The position numbers were made by a program, and so were the translations under genes. DNA of 64,000 bases from Phycisphaerae bacterium (lineage in GTDB: Bacteria; Planctomycetota; Phycisphaerae; UBA1845; Fen-1342). The stretch lies in the NCBI GenBank assembly GCA_963675745.2, contig CAXXWX010000015.1:96001-160000 (forward strand), in the 5' to 3' direction. The notes under the pieces are model-generated. The model saw only the letters and a program-made list of their open reading frames with translations. It was not told the DNA's origin and ran no database searches. Numbering within the stretch: the stretch's first letter is position 1; every line of letters begins with the position of its first letter. Positions 53,570 through 62,805 of the stretch are shown here, in pieces.

Positions 53570-54694
53570 ATGCTGACCTCCAAGACACGCATGGCCCGCG
53601 CACTGGCGCGGCAGCCGGTTGACCGAGTTCCCAGGTACGACTGGTTCTGGGATGAGACCCGAGCCGACTTCACCGGCGCGCTGGGCCAGCGTTTCACGGC
53701 CAAAGCCCAGGCCGCGTGCGCCGCCGACGGGCACGGCGCGCCCGACAGCTATACGCTCTGGGAATACTTCGACTTTGACTTGATGCAGGTCGCCTGGCCG
53801 GACTATCGGCTGACGCTTGATGAACCGACCGTTCTCGACGAGACAGACGAGTGGGTGCTGCTGCGCGATGCCAACCAGGCGGTGTTGCGCTGGTGGAAAC
53901 GCAAGATGGGCACGCCGGAGCACGTCGGCTTCGGCATCGACACTCCGGAGAAGTGGGCGGCGGTCAAGCACCTGCTGACGCCCTCCAAGGATCGAATCCG
54001 CTGGAACGAATTCTGGCCGTTCTACAACCGCGCGCGAGCCAGCGACCGTTTCGTCTGCTTCGGCAGCGTGGAGATCTTCGAAGCGGTCAAGGACGTTCTC
54101 GGTCATGAGCTCATGCTCAAGACCATGATCCGCAAACCCGAATGGCTGCACGACGTCTTCGACACATACACGACGCTGCAGATCCAGATGCTCGAGCTGG
54201 CCGAAGCCGAGGGCATGGTCTGCGACGGCGCTTTCATCTACGGCGATATGGCCTACAAAACGGGACCATTCATGAGCCCGCGCCATTACCGCGAATTCTC
54301 AATGCCCTACCACAAACGTCTGTTCGGCGAGTTTCACAAACGCGGCATGCCCGTGATCTTCCATTCGGACGGCGACATCCGCCCAGTGATTCCGGATCTC
54401 ATCAATGCCGGCGTGGACGCGATTAACCCCATGGAGACGCGCGCCGGAATGGACGTCCGCGAACTTGCTCCGCAATACGGCGACCGGCTCAGCTTTGTCG
54501 GCAACATCGACGTGACCGTGCTCGCAACCAATGACCGCGAGAAGATTCGTGACGAGGTCGGCTCAAAACTGGCTGCCGGCATGGCCGGGCAATGCTACGT
54601 GTATCACTCGGACCATTCGATACCACCCGGCGTCACTCTGGAAACATACGAATATGTGCTGGGCCTTATTGATGAACTCGGCCAATACGACTAG
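53570..54694 (+). CDS. UroD/MtaA-CmuA-family protein (putative methyltransferase)
   Basis: PVDRVP, YGDMAY, FMSPRHYRE, FHSDG, GVDAINP, SFVGNID, DHSIPP. Confidence 0.85.
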   Translation: MLTSKTRMARALARQPVDRVPRYDWFWDETRADFTGALGQRFTAKAQAACAADGHGAPDSYTLWEYFDFDLMQVAWPDYRLTLDEPTVLDETDEWVLLRDANQAVLRWWKRKMGTPEHVGFGIDTPEKWAAVKHLLTPSKDRIRWNEFWPFYNRARASDRFVCFGSVEIFEAVKDVLGHELMLKTMIRKPEWLHDVFDTYTTLQIQMLELAEAEGMVCDGAFIYGDMAYKTGPFMSPRHYREFSMPYHKRLFGEFHKRGMPVIFHSDGDIRPVIPDLINAGVDAINPMETRAGMDVRELAPQYGDRLSFVGNIDVTVLATNDREKIRDEVGSKLAAGMAGQCYVYHSDHSIPPGVTLETYEYVLGLIDELGQYD

Positions 54695-54761
54695 CGCGCA
54701 ACACGCGCCTCCCTCGTAACGTAGACCCGCAATCGGTTCACCCTTTCCCGCGAGGCATCCC

Positions 54762-55820
54762 GTGGAACGCAGAGAAATCGTCAAACGCGCCATCACCTTC
54801 AACAACCCCCCCCGCCTTCCACTCAAGTTCGACGTCGTGGGCGTAAACGACTGCTACGACGTCTGGTGCCCGGACCCGACCGGCTGGGTCTGGGACTTTG
54901 GCAAGCGCGCCGCTGACGAGTGGGGCTGCGTCTGGGAGACCTCCGAGATTTCCAACACCGGCCAGGTCACCGTTCACCCGCTCGGCGACCTGTCGAAGCT
55001 GACGACGTTCCAATGGCCCGACCCCGATGATGAACGCCGCTACCGGGGATTCAAGGAGCAGATCGCCGGCGCCGAGGATCGCTTCGTGATGTTCTGCTTC
55101 GGGCACGGCCTCTGGGAACGGCTGTGGATGTTGACGGGAATGAGCCAGGCCATGATGGCGCTCACGCGACACAAGGACGAGGTGTGTGAGATCATCGACC
55201 GCATCCTCACGTTCCACATGCGCGTGATCAAAAACTGCCAGGAGATCGCCGGCGGGCGAATCGACGGCGCCGCGATGGGCGATGACTGGGGCGTGCAGGA
55301 TCGCACGATGATAAGCCCGCGGCAGTTTCGCGAGTTCTTCAAGCCGCGCTATAAGCGCTGGTTCGATCATATCAAGTCGCTCGGCGTCCATACGTGGATG
55401 CACTCCTGTGGCAAGATCAACGCGGTGGTCGACGACCTGATCGACGCCGGGCTCGAGGTGATCAACAACCAGCAACCCAACACCGTCGGGCTTGAGGACT
55501 TCGGCGGCGCGTTCCAGGGCCGCATCTGTTTTGAGGCGATCGTCGATACGCAGTCAACGCTGCCGCGCGGCACATATGAAGAGATCATTGACCAGGCCCA
55601 CGCGATCTGCGAGAAATACGGCACGGCGGCCGGGGGCCTGATTGCCAGCGACTACAACGACGCCGAATCGATCGGAGTGACGCTCGATCGCAGGCTGGTG
55701 ATGTTCGAGGCGTTCGCCGAGCGTGGCAATTACCCCGACTATCGCGCTATTGTCGAGCGGGCCCGGGCGGAGGGTGGACTTGTCGGCCACTCGTGGGGCC
55801 GTGCGACGCAGGCGCGTTGA
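54762..55820 (+). CDS. UroD/MtaA-CmuA-family protein (putative methyltransferase)
   Basis: DEWGCVW, GDDWGVQ, MISPRQFREFFKP, MHSCG, DLIDAGLEVIN. Confidence 0.85.
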   Translation: MERREIVKRAITFNNPPRLPLKFDVVGVNDCYDVWCPDPTGWVWDFGKRAADEWGCVWETSEISNTGQVTVHPLGDLSKLTTFQWPDPDDERRYRGFKEQIAGAEDRFVMFCFGHGLWERLWMLTGMSQAMMALTRHKDEVCEIIDRILTFHMRVIKNCQEIAGGRIDGAAMGDDWGVQDRTMISPRQFREFFKPRYKRWFDHIKSLGVHTWMHSCGKINAVVDDLIDAGLEVINNQQPNTVGLEDFGGAFQGRICFEAIVDTQSTLPRGTYEEIIDQAHAICEKYGTAAGGLIASDYNDAESIGVTLDRRLVMFEAFAERGNYPDYRAIVERARAEGGLVGHSWGRATQAR

Positions 55821-56092
55821 TACGCTTGCAGGGCGCGGGAGGCGGCATCGAGGGGCGACAATCTCGCCGAGCCGGCCATTGATGCCAGGCTCGCGAAAGC
55901 GCTCCCGGCAATTCTGCAAACAGCCCCCTTGAAAAGCCTTGCTACGCTCTGGTGCGAGGTGTAGGATTCGCCGGGTTGGATTTGTTATAGACGATCCGGT
56001 CCGAGACAGTCGCGCGCAGATGCACCGCATGTCAGACGGCGCGCATGGTATAAAACGGTTAGGCTGAACTCATTCGGTATTAGGAGCCCATC

Positions 56093-57679
56093 ATGTCCCG
56101 TGGTGTTCGATCGAAATCTTCAGTATTTACGACCGCGCTGCTCGGAGTTTCACTGTGCCTACTGCTGGGGGGAATACTGGGGTGTCCCGTCACCACGACG
56201 CCGCCGGATCCGAACAATGTCGATCCCAACACCGTTGATCCAAACAACATCGATCCCAACGACGTTGACCCCAATGATGTCGATCCCAACGACGTCGATC
56301 CCAACGACGTCGATCCCAACGATGTCGATCCCAACGACGCTGAACCCAATGACATTATACCCGGCGACTCGGGTGTGACCGGCAAGTACTTCGGCTCGGA
56401 GTCCTGCGGCCTTTGCCACGTCAATCTGCACGCCGACTGGGCCGACACGCTCCACGCCGGCGCACTGGAGACACTCGCGGCGATCGGACAGGCTGAGAAT
56501 GCGGACTGTCTCCCGTGCCACACTGTCGGCTTCGGCGAGGAAGGCGGTTACGTCGATCGCGAGACGACGAACGCGCTCAAGGGCGTTGGATGTGAATCCT
56601 GCCACGGCCCCGCGCGCGACCATGCCCAGAACCTCAGCGACGCCAGCTTGCGCCCGCCGGTGGACATCGGCTCGGACGTTTGCGGCGTTTGCCACACGGG
56701 CGCACACCACCCGACGATCGATGAATGGAACGAGTCGGGACACGCCGGCATCGATGATCACGTGGCCGAGCGGATCGTCGAAGGAAGCCTGAGTTCCTGT
56801 GCCGAATGCCACTCGGGTGACGTGTTCTACCTCTCCGTGGTTCAGGGCGAAACAGTCGAGGAAGACGCCTTCCTTGGCATGGACCCGGCCGATCTGAATC
56901 CGATCACGTGCGCGGTCTGCCACGACCCGCACATGCGCACCGGGAACGCCACCGCGCCGGACGAGGGACGCGACTATCAGTTGAGGTATCCGGAAGACGC
57001 GAATCCTGAGCCCACCAACACCATTGCCGCAACTACCGACGCTGACCGCTTCAATCTCTGCGGGCAGTGCCATCGCAGCCGTGGCCGCGAGTGGACGGCA
57101 ACGTCGCGCGGACCGCACCACAGCGTTCAGTCGAACGTGTACGTCGGCGAAATGCCCACCCCGGAGGCTGAAACGGAACCGCTGGTTCCCAGCATCGCGT
57201 CCGTACACCTGCGTGCGGCCGAACAGTGCTCGACGTGCCACCTGCACCGCGAGGACTTCGAGAGTGAAACGGCACCGGCCATCGCCGGGCACACTTTCAT
57301 GGTCAACTACGACGGCTGCGCCGCGGTCGGTTGCCACAGTTCAGCCGAAGAAGCCGAAACGCGCGGCATGACGTACCAGGGCATGGTCGAGTTCCGGCTG
57401 GAGGATATCAAGGCCCGACTCGATGCGCTGGTGGACTTCGATGGCAACCCGGCCACTATCGACTGGGAATACAGTGCTGAAGGTGGTGTGGCCGGCTCTG
57501 AGGATCCCAACGATCCCAATGCTCCCTGGCAGGGCGATCTTTCAGATGAGATCCTCCAGGTACGATTCCTGCTCAAGTACGCCGAGTACGACGGCAGCTA
57601 CGGCATCCACAACCCCGACTACGTCGAGTCGATTCTCGATGAGGCCGAGTGGCTGTTGTTCCTGGCGGAAACCGAGTAG
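56093..57679 (+). CDS. Multiheme c-type cytochrome lipoprotein (8 CxxCH + 1 CX4CH) with N-terminal DPN repeats
   Basis: Lipobox ILGC; CGLCH, CLPCH, CESCH, CGVCH, CAECH, CAVCH, CGQCH, CSTCH, CAAVGCH; C-terminal DGSYGIHNP. Confidence 0.92.
   Translation: MSRGVRSKSSVFTTALLGVSLCLLLGGILGCPVTTTPPDPNNVDPNTVDPNNIDPNDVDPNDVDPNDVDPNDVDPNDVDPNDAEPNDIIPGDSGVTGKYFGSESCGLCHVNLHADWADTLHAGALETLAAIGQAENADCLPCHTVGFGEEGGYVDRETTNALKGVGCESCHGPARDHAQNLSDASLRPPVDIGSDVCGVCHTGAHHPTIDEWNESGHAGIDDHVAERIVEGSLSSCAECHSGDVFYLSVVQGETVEEDAFLGMDPADLNPITCAVCHDPHMRTGNATAPDEGRDYQLRYPEDANPEPTNTIAATTDADRFNLCGQCHRSRGREWTATSRGPHHSVQSNVYVGEMPTPEAETEPLVPSIASVHLRAAEQCSTCHLHREDFESETAPAIAGHTFMVNYDGCAAVGCHSSAEEAETRGMTYQGMVEFRLEDIKARLDALVDFDGNPATIDWEYSAEGGVAGSEDPNDPNAPWQGDLSDEILQVRFLLKYAEYDGSYGIHNPDYVESILDEAEWLLFLAETE
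56207..56356 (+). repeat. Ten 15-bp coding tandem repeats encoding (D/E)PNxx
   Basis: Consensus gatcccaacgacgtc with synonymous variation between units. Confidence 0.95.
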
Positions 57680-57843
57680 GAGCTGATTAAACCACGGAGG
57701 CTCCGTTGAGCTTCAGCCTCGGGCCCGGTGAGTGCCGCATGCGGCACCCGCCGGGCCCAAGTTATAATGAGAACGTGCCGGACCGACGCTCAAGTGTGGC
57801 GAGATGCGGCGCGGCGAAAGCGGCATTCAACTGCGAGGGCTAC

Positions 57844-58506
57844 ATGTCCCTGGGCGTGATTTTCGACATGGACGGCGTGCTGGTCGCCTCGGGGCCGGCG
57901 CATGCCGCCAGTTGGCGCGTCGTTGCTGACCAGCACGGCATCGAGATTACCGACGAGACGTTCAGCCGTCTGTTTGGACGCCCCAGTCGCGATATTGTGC
58001 GTATCATCTGGGGTGATGGTGTCTCCGATGAGACCATCGCCAAACTGGATGACGAGAAAGAGGCGGCGTATCGCGCGATCATCGCCGGTGCTGTGCCGCT
58101 CATGGAAGGCTGCCGCGAGCTGCTGTCAACTCTCGAGCGCGCCGGGTTTACCATGGCCGTCGGTACATCCGGACCACCGGAGAACGTGGCGCTGGTCCTC
58201 AATGAGACCGGCATCGGCAGGTTCTTCAGCGCGACTGTGCATGGTTTTGACATTCAGCGCGGCAAACCGGCGCCCGACTGCTTTCTGCTGGCCGCACAGC
58301 GTTGCGGCCTCGCCTCCGGCGCCTGCGTGGTTGTCGAAGACGCCCCGGTCGGCATCCAATCCGCCGTGGCGGCCGGCATGCGCTCGATCGGTCTGGTCGG
58401 CACGCATCCGGCCGGTCCATTGACAGACGCCGGCGCCAGTCGCATCGTCGAAGACCTGGCTGAAATCACGCCGTCCATGATCACCGATCTGTTGCAGACG
58501 CCATGA
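57844..58506 (+). CDS. HAD-superfamily phosphatase (beta-phosphoglucomutase-like)
   Basis: IFDMDGVL, GKPAPD, VVVEDAPVG; TATAAT at 57763-57768. Confidence 0.92.
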   Translation: MSLGVIFDMDGVLVASGPAHAASWRVVADQHGIEITDETFSRLFGRPSRDIVRIIWGDGVSDETIAKLDDEKEAAYRAIIAGAVPLMEGCRELLSTLERAGFTMAVGTSGPPENVALVLNETGIGRFFSATVHGFDIQRGKPAPDCFLLAAQRCGLASGACVVVEDAPVGIQSAVAAGMRSIGLVGTHPAGPLTDAGASRIVEDLAEITPSMITDLLQTP

Positions 58507-58523
58507 TATGGGGTGGAGTCACG

Positions 58524-58880
58524 ATGGGTGAGTTCATCAGCGAGCCGATCACGCCGCTGAAAGGCGCTTTCGATACGCAAGCGATGGCGCGAGGTGAGCC
58601 GGGTTTGCCGCGCGGCTTTGTCTGGCACGGCGAACGCCACGAGATCGTCGAACGGCTTGAACAGTGGAAGCAGTCCGCACCTGAAGGCGGTCGTCCGGGC
58701 AACGAGGTGTACCTGCGCCGCCACTGCTATCGGCTGCGCATGGCCAGCGGGCAGGTCTGGACCGTGTATTTCACGCGTCAGCCGGCGCGCGGCAGCAGGT
58801 CTCGGCAACGGTGGTTCGTGTACACGATCGATGAGGGCCGGCAATCAGGCGGTACGCCAAAGCTCCCGTTGCCGGATTAG
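58524..58880 (+). CDS. Small conserved protein (DUF6504-like)
   Basis: GEPGLPRGFVWHG...YLRRHCYRL...WFVYT. Confidence 0.65.
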   Translation: MGEFISEPITPLKGAFDTQAMARGEPGLPRGFVWHGERHEIVERLEQWKQSAPEGGRPGNEVYLRRHCYRLRMASGQVWTVYFTRQPARGSRSRQRWFVYTIDEGRQSGGTPKLPLPD

Positions 58881-59214
58881 CCCGCGACGTCCTCATCGCC
58901 CGTGCAGTCGCCAGAGCTAGGGTGGCGGCGCGCGCCTCGCAGAAAGTCGGCGCGAAATAGCGGCTGCGGCGTTCGAACCAATCGCTCCGCGCGGCGTATA
59001 CTATCTGTCAGTCGGTGCGCGCGCTGCCGACCGGGTGTCCGCGTAGAATCGGCAACCCGGCCGCTGACATCGCCGCCCGCTGGACATTCACGAGATACGG
59101 GCTACCATGTCCGGTGATTGTGGACATCTGGCATGACGTCGGTAAGCCCCTTTATCGCAGTCACTTAACGCGGCATCTATCCGGTAGGCCGTCGAACCAC
59201 CACGGAGCTTGTGC

Positions 59215-61200
59215 ATGGCGCACGACAACATCTTCAAGCACGCCGAAGAGCACGCACATCACCACGATGACACTGGAGGCGTGAACCTGCGCATACTGGC
59301 CACGTTTGTCGGCGGCATGCTCGTAATCGTCGCCGTCGTGGCCCAATACCTTTACCAGGATACGCCCGAGCGCGCCGAGCTGGTGGCTTTTGTGGCGGCC
59401 GTGATCCTCGGTGCCCCATTGGTGTGGGAGGCGCTGCGCGACCTGATCCGCGGTCACGCCGAAATGAACGAGCTCGTCGCATTGGCTGTTCTCGCGGCGA
59501 TCGCCTACGGGGAGTATCTCGAGGCCGGCGTCATTGCCTTCTTCATGATTCTCGCCTCGCTGATCGAACACCGAACTGCACTGGGGGCGCGCAAGAGTAT
59601 CGAGTCACTTGTGCGCATCACGCCGACACGCGCCCAGCGCGTCGTGGACAATCAGGAAGAAGAGGTCGAAGCCAAGGATCTGCGCCCCGGCGACGTGGTG
59701 CGCGTGCGGCCCGGAGACAACATCCCCGGTGATGGTGTCGTGTTGACCGGCGCCAGCAGCGTCAACCAGGCCACTGTCACGGGCGAGTCGCTGCCCCAGG
59801 ACAAAAGCACCGGCGACGATGTGTTTGGCGGCACGATCAACCTGACCGGTGCCATGGATATCCAGATCACAAAGGCCGGCCGGGATACCACACTCGGGCA
59901 GGTGCGTGACCTGATCCTCCAGGCCGAGCAAACCAAGACCCCCGTGATGCGCTTGGCCGACCAGTACGCCCGCTGGTACACGCCGACGGTGCTGATGCTG
60001 GCCGGCGTGGTCTATTTCTTCAACAGTGATTCAAACGGGATTGACCGCGCCATCGCGATGTTGATCGTCGCGTGTCCGTGCGCAATCATCCTCTCGACGC
60101 CGACGGCGATGGTCGCGGCGCTGAGCGCGGCCGCGCGCCTGGGGCTGTTGATCAAGAAGGTCACAGACCTCGAGATCGCCCGCAACCTCTCCGCGATTGT
60201 CTTCGACAAAACCGGAACGCTGACCACCGGCAAGTTGAACGTCAGCCGCATGCGACCCGCCGAGGGTGTGGATGCGGCGGAGTTGCTGCGCAGCGCGCTG
60301 TGCGCCGAGCAGAATTCGCGGCACCCAGTCGCGCGGGCGATTGTCGAGGTCGCCGAACAGGCCCGCCTGACCGCGCCCAAGCCGACCGAGTTCGAGGAAA
60401 TCTCCGGCCGGGGTGTGATCGCCAAGCTGGGCGGTTCTGAAATCCGCGTCGGCCGCGGCAACTGGTTGGAAGACCAAGGTATTCAGATCGAGGGGGTTGA
60501 CACCTCGGGCACTGACGGGCTCAGCCTGCTGTACGTTGCCAAGGACAACCAGATCCTGGGCTGGGTCGGGCTTGAAGACAAAACACGAGTGGATGCCGCA
60601 CGCTCCATTGACGCGCTGGCCAACCTGGGCGTGCGCGAGCGGATCATGCTGACCGGCGATCGCTGGTCGGTGGCCCGCAAGGTTGCCGCGGAGATGCACT
60701 GCTCCGGTGTCAAGGCCGAGGTGCTGCCCGGCGAGAAGCTCACCGCCGTCGATCAACTGCGCGAGAAGGGCCATACGGTGGCGGTTGTCGGCGACGGAGT
60801 GAACGACGCCCCCGCACTGGCGGCCGGTGACATCTCAATCGCCATGGGCGCCGCCGGCAGCGACGTTGCCATTCACTCGGCATCAATCGCGCTGATGAAC
60901 AACAACCTCAACCGCATTCCGTTCCTGATCGATCTGTCGCGACGCTGCTTCGAGGTTATTCGCCAAAACATGGTCTTCGCGGCCGTATACGTGGTGCTCA
61001 CGCTGACGTTCTCCGCCGCCGGCTTTATCTCGCCGATTATGGCCGCGTTCCTGCACGTGGCCTCATCGATAGTGGTCGTGTTCAACTCGACACGCCTGGT
61101 GCGCGAGGGTGAAGACCTCGACCAGCAAACGTATGATGAGGAGCAGCAGCAGCGTCGCACGACGGTGCGCGTCGAGGCGGTACCGGCACCGGCTGTGTAG
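59215..61200 (+). CDS. Heavy-metal-translocating P1B-type ATPase
   Basis: His-rich N-terminus, TGES, ACPC, DKTGT, HP, MLTGD, GDGVNDAPALA. Confidence 0.95.
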   Translation: MAHDNIFKHAEEHAHHHDDTGGVNLRILATFVGGMLVIVAVVAQYLYQDTPERAELVAFVAAVILGAPLVWEALRDLIRGHAEMNELVALAVLAAIAYGEYLEAGVIAFFMILASLIEHRTALGARKSIESLVRITPTRAQRVVDNQEEEVEAKDLRPGDVVRVRPGDNIPGDGVVLTGASSVNQATVTGESLPQDKSTGDDVFGGTINLTGAMDIQITKAGRDTTLGQVRDLILQAEQTKTPVMRLADQYARWYTPTVLMLAGVVYFFNSDSNGIDRAIAMLIVACPCAIILSTPTAMVAALSAAARLGLLIKKVTDLEIARNLSAIVFDKTGTLTTGKLNVSRMRPAEGVDAAELLRSALCAEQNSRHPVARAIVEVAEQARLTAPKPTEFEEISGRGVIAKLGGSEIRVGRGNWLEDQGIQIEGVDTSGTDGLSLLYVAKDNQILGWVGLEDKTRVDAARSIDALANLGVRERIMLTGDRWSVARKVAAEMHCSGVKAEVLPGEKLTAVDQLREKGHTVAVVGDGVNDAPALAAGDISIAMGAAGSDVAIHSASIALMNNNLNRIPFLIDLSRRCFEVIRQNMVFAAVYVVLTLTFSAAGFISPIMAAFLHVASSIVVVFNSTRLVREGEDLDQQTYDEEQQQRRTTVRVEAVPAPAV

Positions 61201-61346
61201 CCGTCGGCGACCCAACAATGCACTCCACTTAATCGCCGCGCTCCCCCGGCCATCCGGCATCAGCTTGAAACATGCGCCTGCTGACGGCACAATCTGCCCA
61301 TTGCCGCGGGTCAGGACTGACCGGGTTCACTGGGAAGGAGCCGTGC

Positions 61347-62564
61347 ATGCGCAGATTCATCATCGTCACAGTCATCACCCTGGGGGTAACTGTCGTCCCG
61401 GCGTGCAAGCAGCCACCGCCGATGGAACCCTTCCGCGCAACGGAAACAGCCAAGGACTACTCGCGTCCGCTGCCACCCGGCGCGCTCGCGCTGCGCAAGA
61501 TCGATCCGGAGGACTACCCGGATTTCTCACGCGGGTTTTATGAACGAGCCGGCATGTCCGAGGCCATCGCGCACAGCCTCGACTATCTCGGCAAACAGAG
61601 CAGCCGGCGTTATTTCCCTTACGGCGCGATATCACACAGCCGCGCGGTCGCCACGCTCGAGGCCTTTAGTGAGTTGCTTGACGCCGCCCGGTCGCCGGCC
61701 GATTTTGATGCGCAGATCCGCGCGCGGTTCGACGTCTATCAATCCGTCGGCTGCGATGATTGCGGCACGGTGTATTTCACCGGGTACTACACGCCGATCT
61801 TTGATGGTCGAGCGCAGCGCGACAGCGTTTACCGCTATCCGCTTTACCGGTTGCCGCCGGACCTGGTGAAAGACGCCGACGGCCAGATCCTCGGTCGTCG
61901 CACACCTGACAACCGGCTCACGCCCTACCCCACCCGCCGTGAGATCGAGGAACATCAGCTACTCCAGGGCCACGAAATCGCCTGGCTGAAAGACGCGTTT
62001 GAGGCTTACATCGTGTCGGTGCAGGGCTCAGCGCGGCTGCGGATGGCGGACGGGACACTTTGGGAACTGGGCTACGCGGGCAGCAACGGACGTGAATACA
62101 CATCGGTCGGCAACAAAATGGTCGAGGATGGGCTTATCGGACGTGACCAGCTCTCGCTCAACGCCATGATCGACTACTTCAGGGCACACCCAGACCAAGT
62201 CCAGCCGGCCTGCTGGGCCAACGATCGCTACATCTTCTTCCAGGAGACCAGCGGCGGGCCGTTTGGGAGCATCGGGACTCCGGTCACCGAATATCGGACG
62301 ATTGCCACCGACAAGGAGGTCTTCCCGCGCGCGTGCCTGGCGTTTGTAGATACCCGCCTCTCAAGGCTTTATGAAGGCACGCCCCAGGATCTCCCCTTTG
62401 CTTCGTTTGTACTCGATCAGGACACGGGTGGCGCCATCCGGGCGGCCGGACGCTGTGATGTGTACATGGGCGTGGGCGACCAGGCCGGCATCGTCGCCGG
62501 ACGGACCGGTGCCGAGGGCCAACTGTACTACATCTTCGTAAAGGGCCCCGACGACGTCCCATAA
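61347..62564 (+). CDS. mltA: Membrane-bound lytic murein transglycosylase A
   Basis: Lipobox VPAC; FTGYYTP, VQGSARL, YAGSNG, RYIFF, DQDTGGAI. Confidence 0.92.
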   Translation: MRRFIIVTVITLGVTVVPACKQPPPMEPFRATETAKDYSRPLPPGALALRKIDPEDYPDFSRGFYERAGMSEAIAHSLDYLGKQSSRRYFPYGAISHSRAVATLEAFSELLDAARSPADFDAQIRARFDVYQSVGCDDCGTVYFTGYYTPIFDGRAQRDSVYRYPLYRLPPDLVKDADGQILGRRTPDNRLTPYPTRREIEEHQLLQGHEIAWLKDAFEAYIVSVQGSARLRMADGTLWELGYAGSNGREYTSVGNKMVEDGLIGRDQLSLNAMIDYFRAHPDQVQPACWANDRYIFFQETSGGPFGSIGTPVTEYRTIATDKEVFPRACLAFVDTRLSRLYEGTPQDLPFASFVLDQDTGGAIRAAGRCDVYMGVGDQAGIVAGRTGAEGQLYYIFVKGPDDVP

Positions 62565-62805
62565 CACAGACCCGGCGCCGTAATCCATGGACCCCAGCGC
62601 CTGACAGCAGCGTTTTGGGACCAGCGGGCGGCGAATGAGCGTATAATAAGCGTAGTAGACAACCAGACGTAGCGTGACGGCAACCAACAGGCCCACGGAT
62701 CGCTCCGCAATCATACGTGTGGTCATACGTTCATCCCCCTGTTTGTAGAGGCTGAGCGGCCTCGTGGTGGCTGGGCAGTATGCGTGTGTGCCTCGAAAGG
62801 TGTGC

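Noticed and set aside
56207..56356. 15-bp tandem repeat as a CRISPR array
   Set aside because: No spacers; it is an in-frame coding repeat with synonymous variation; no cas genes are present
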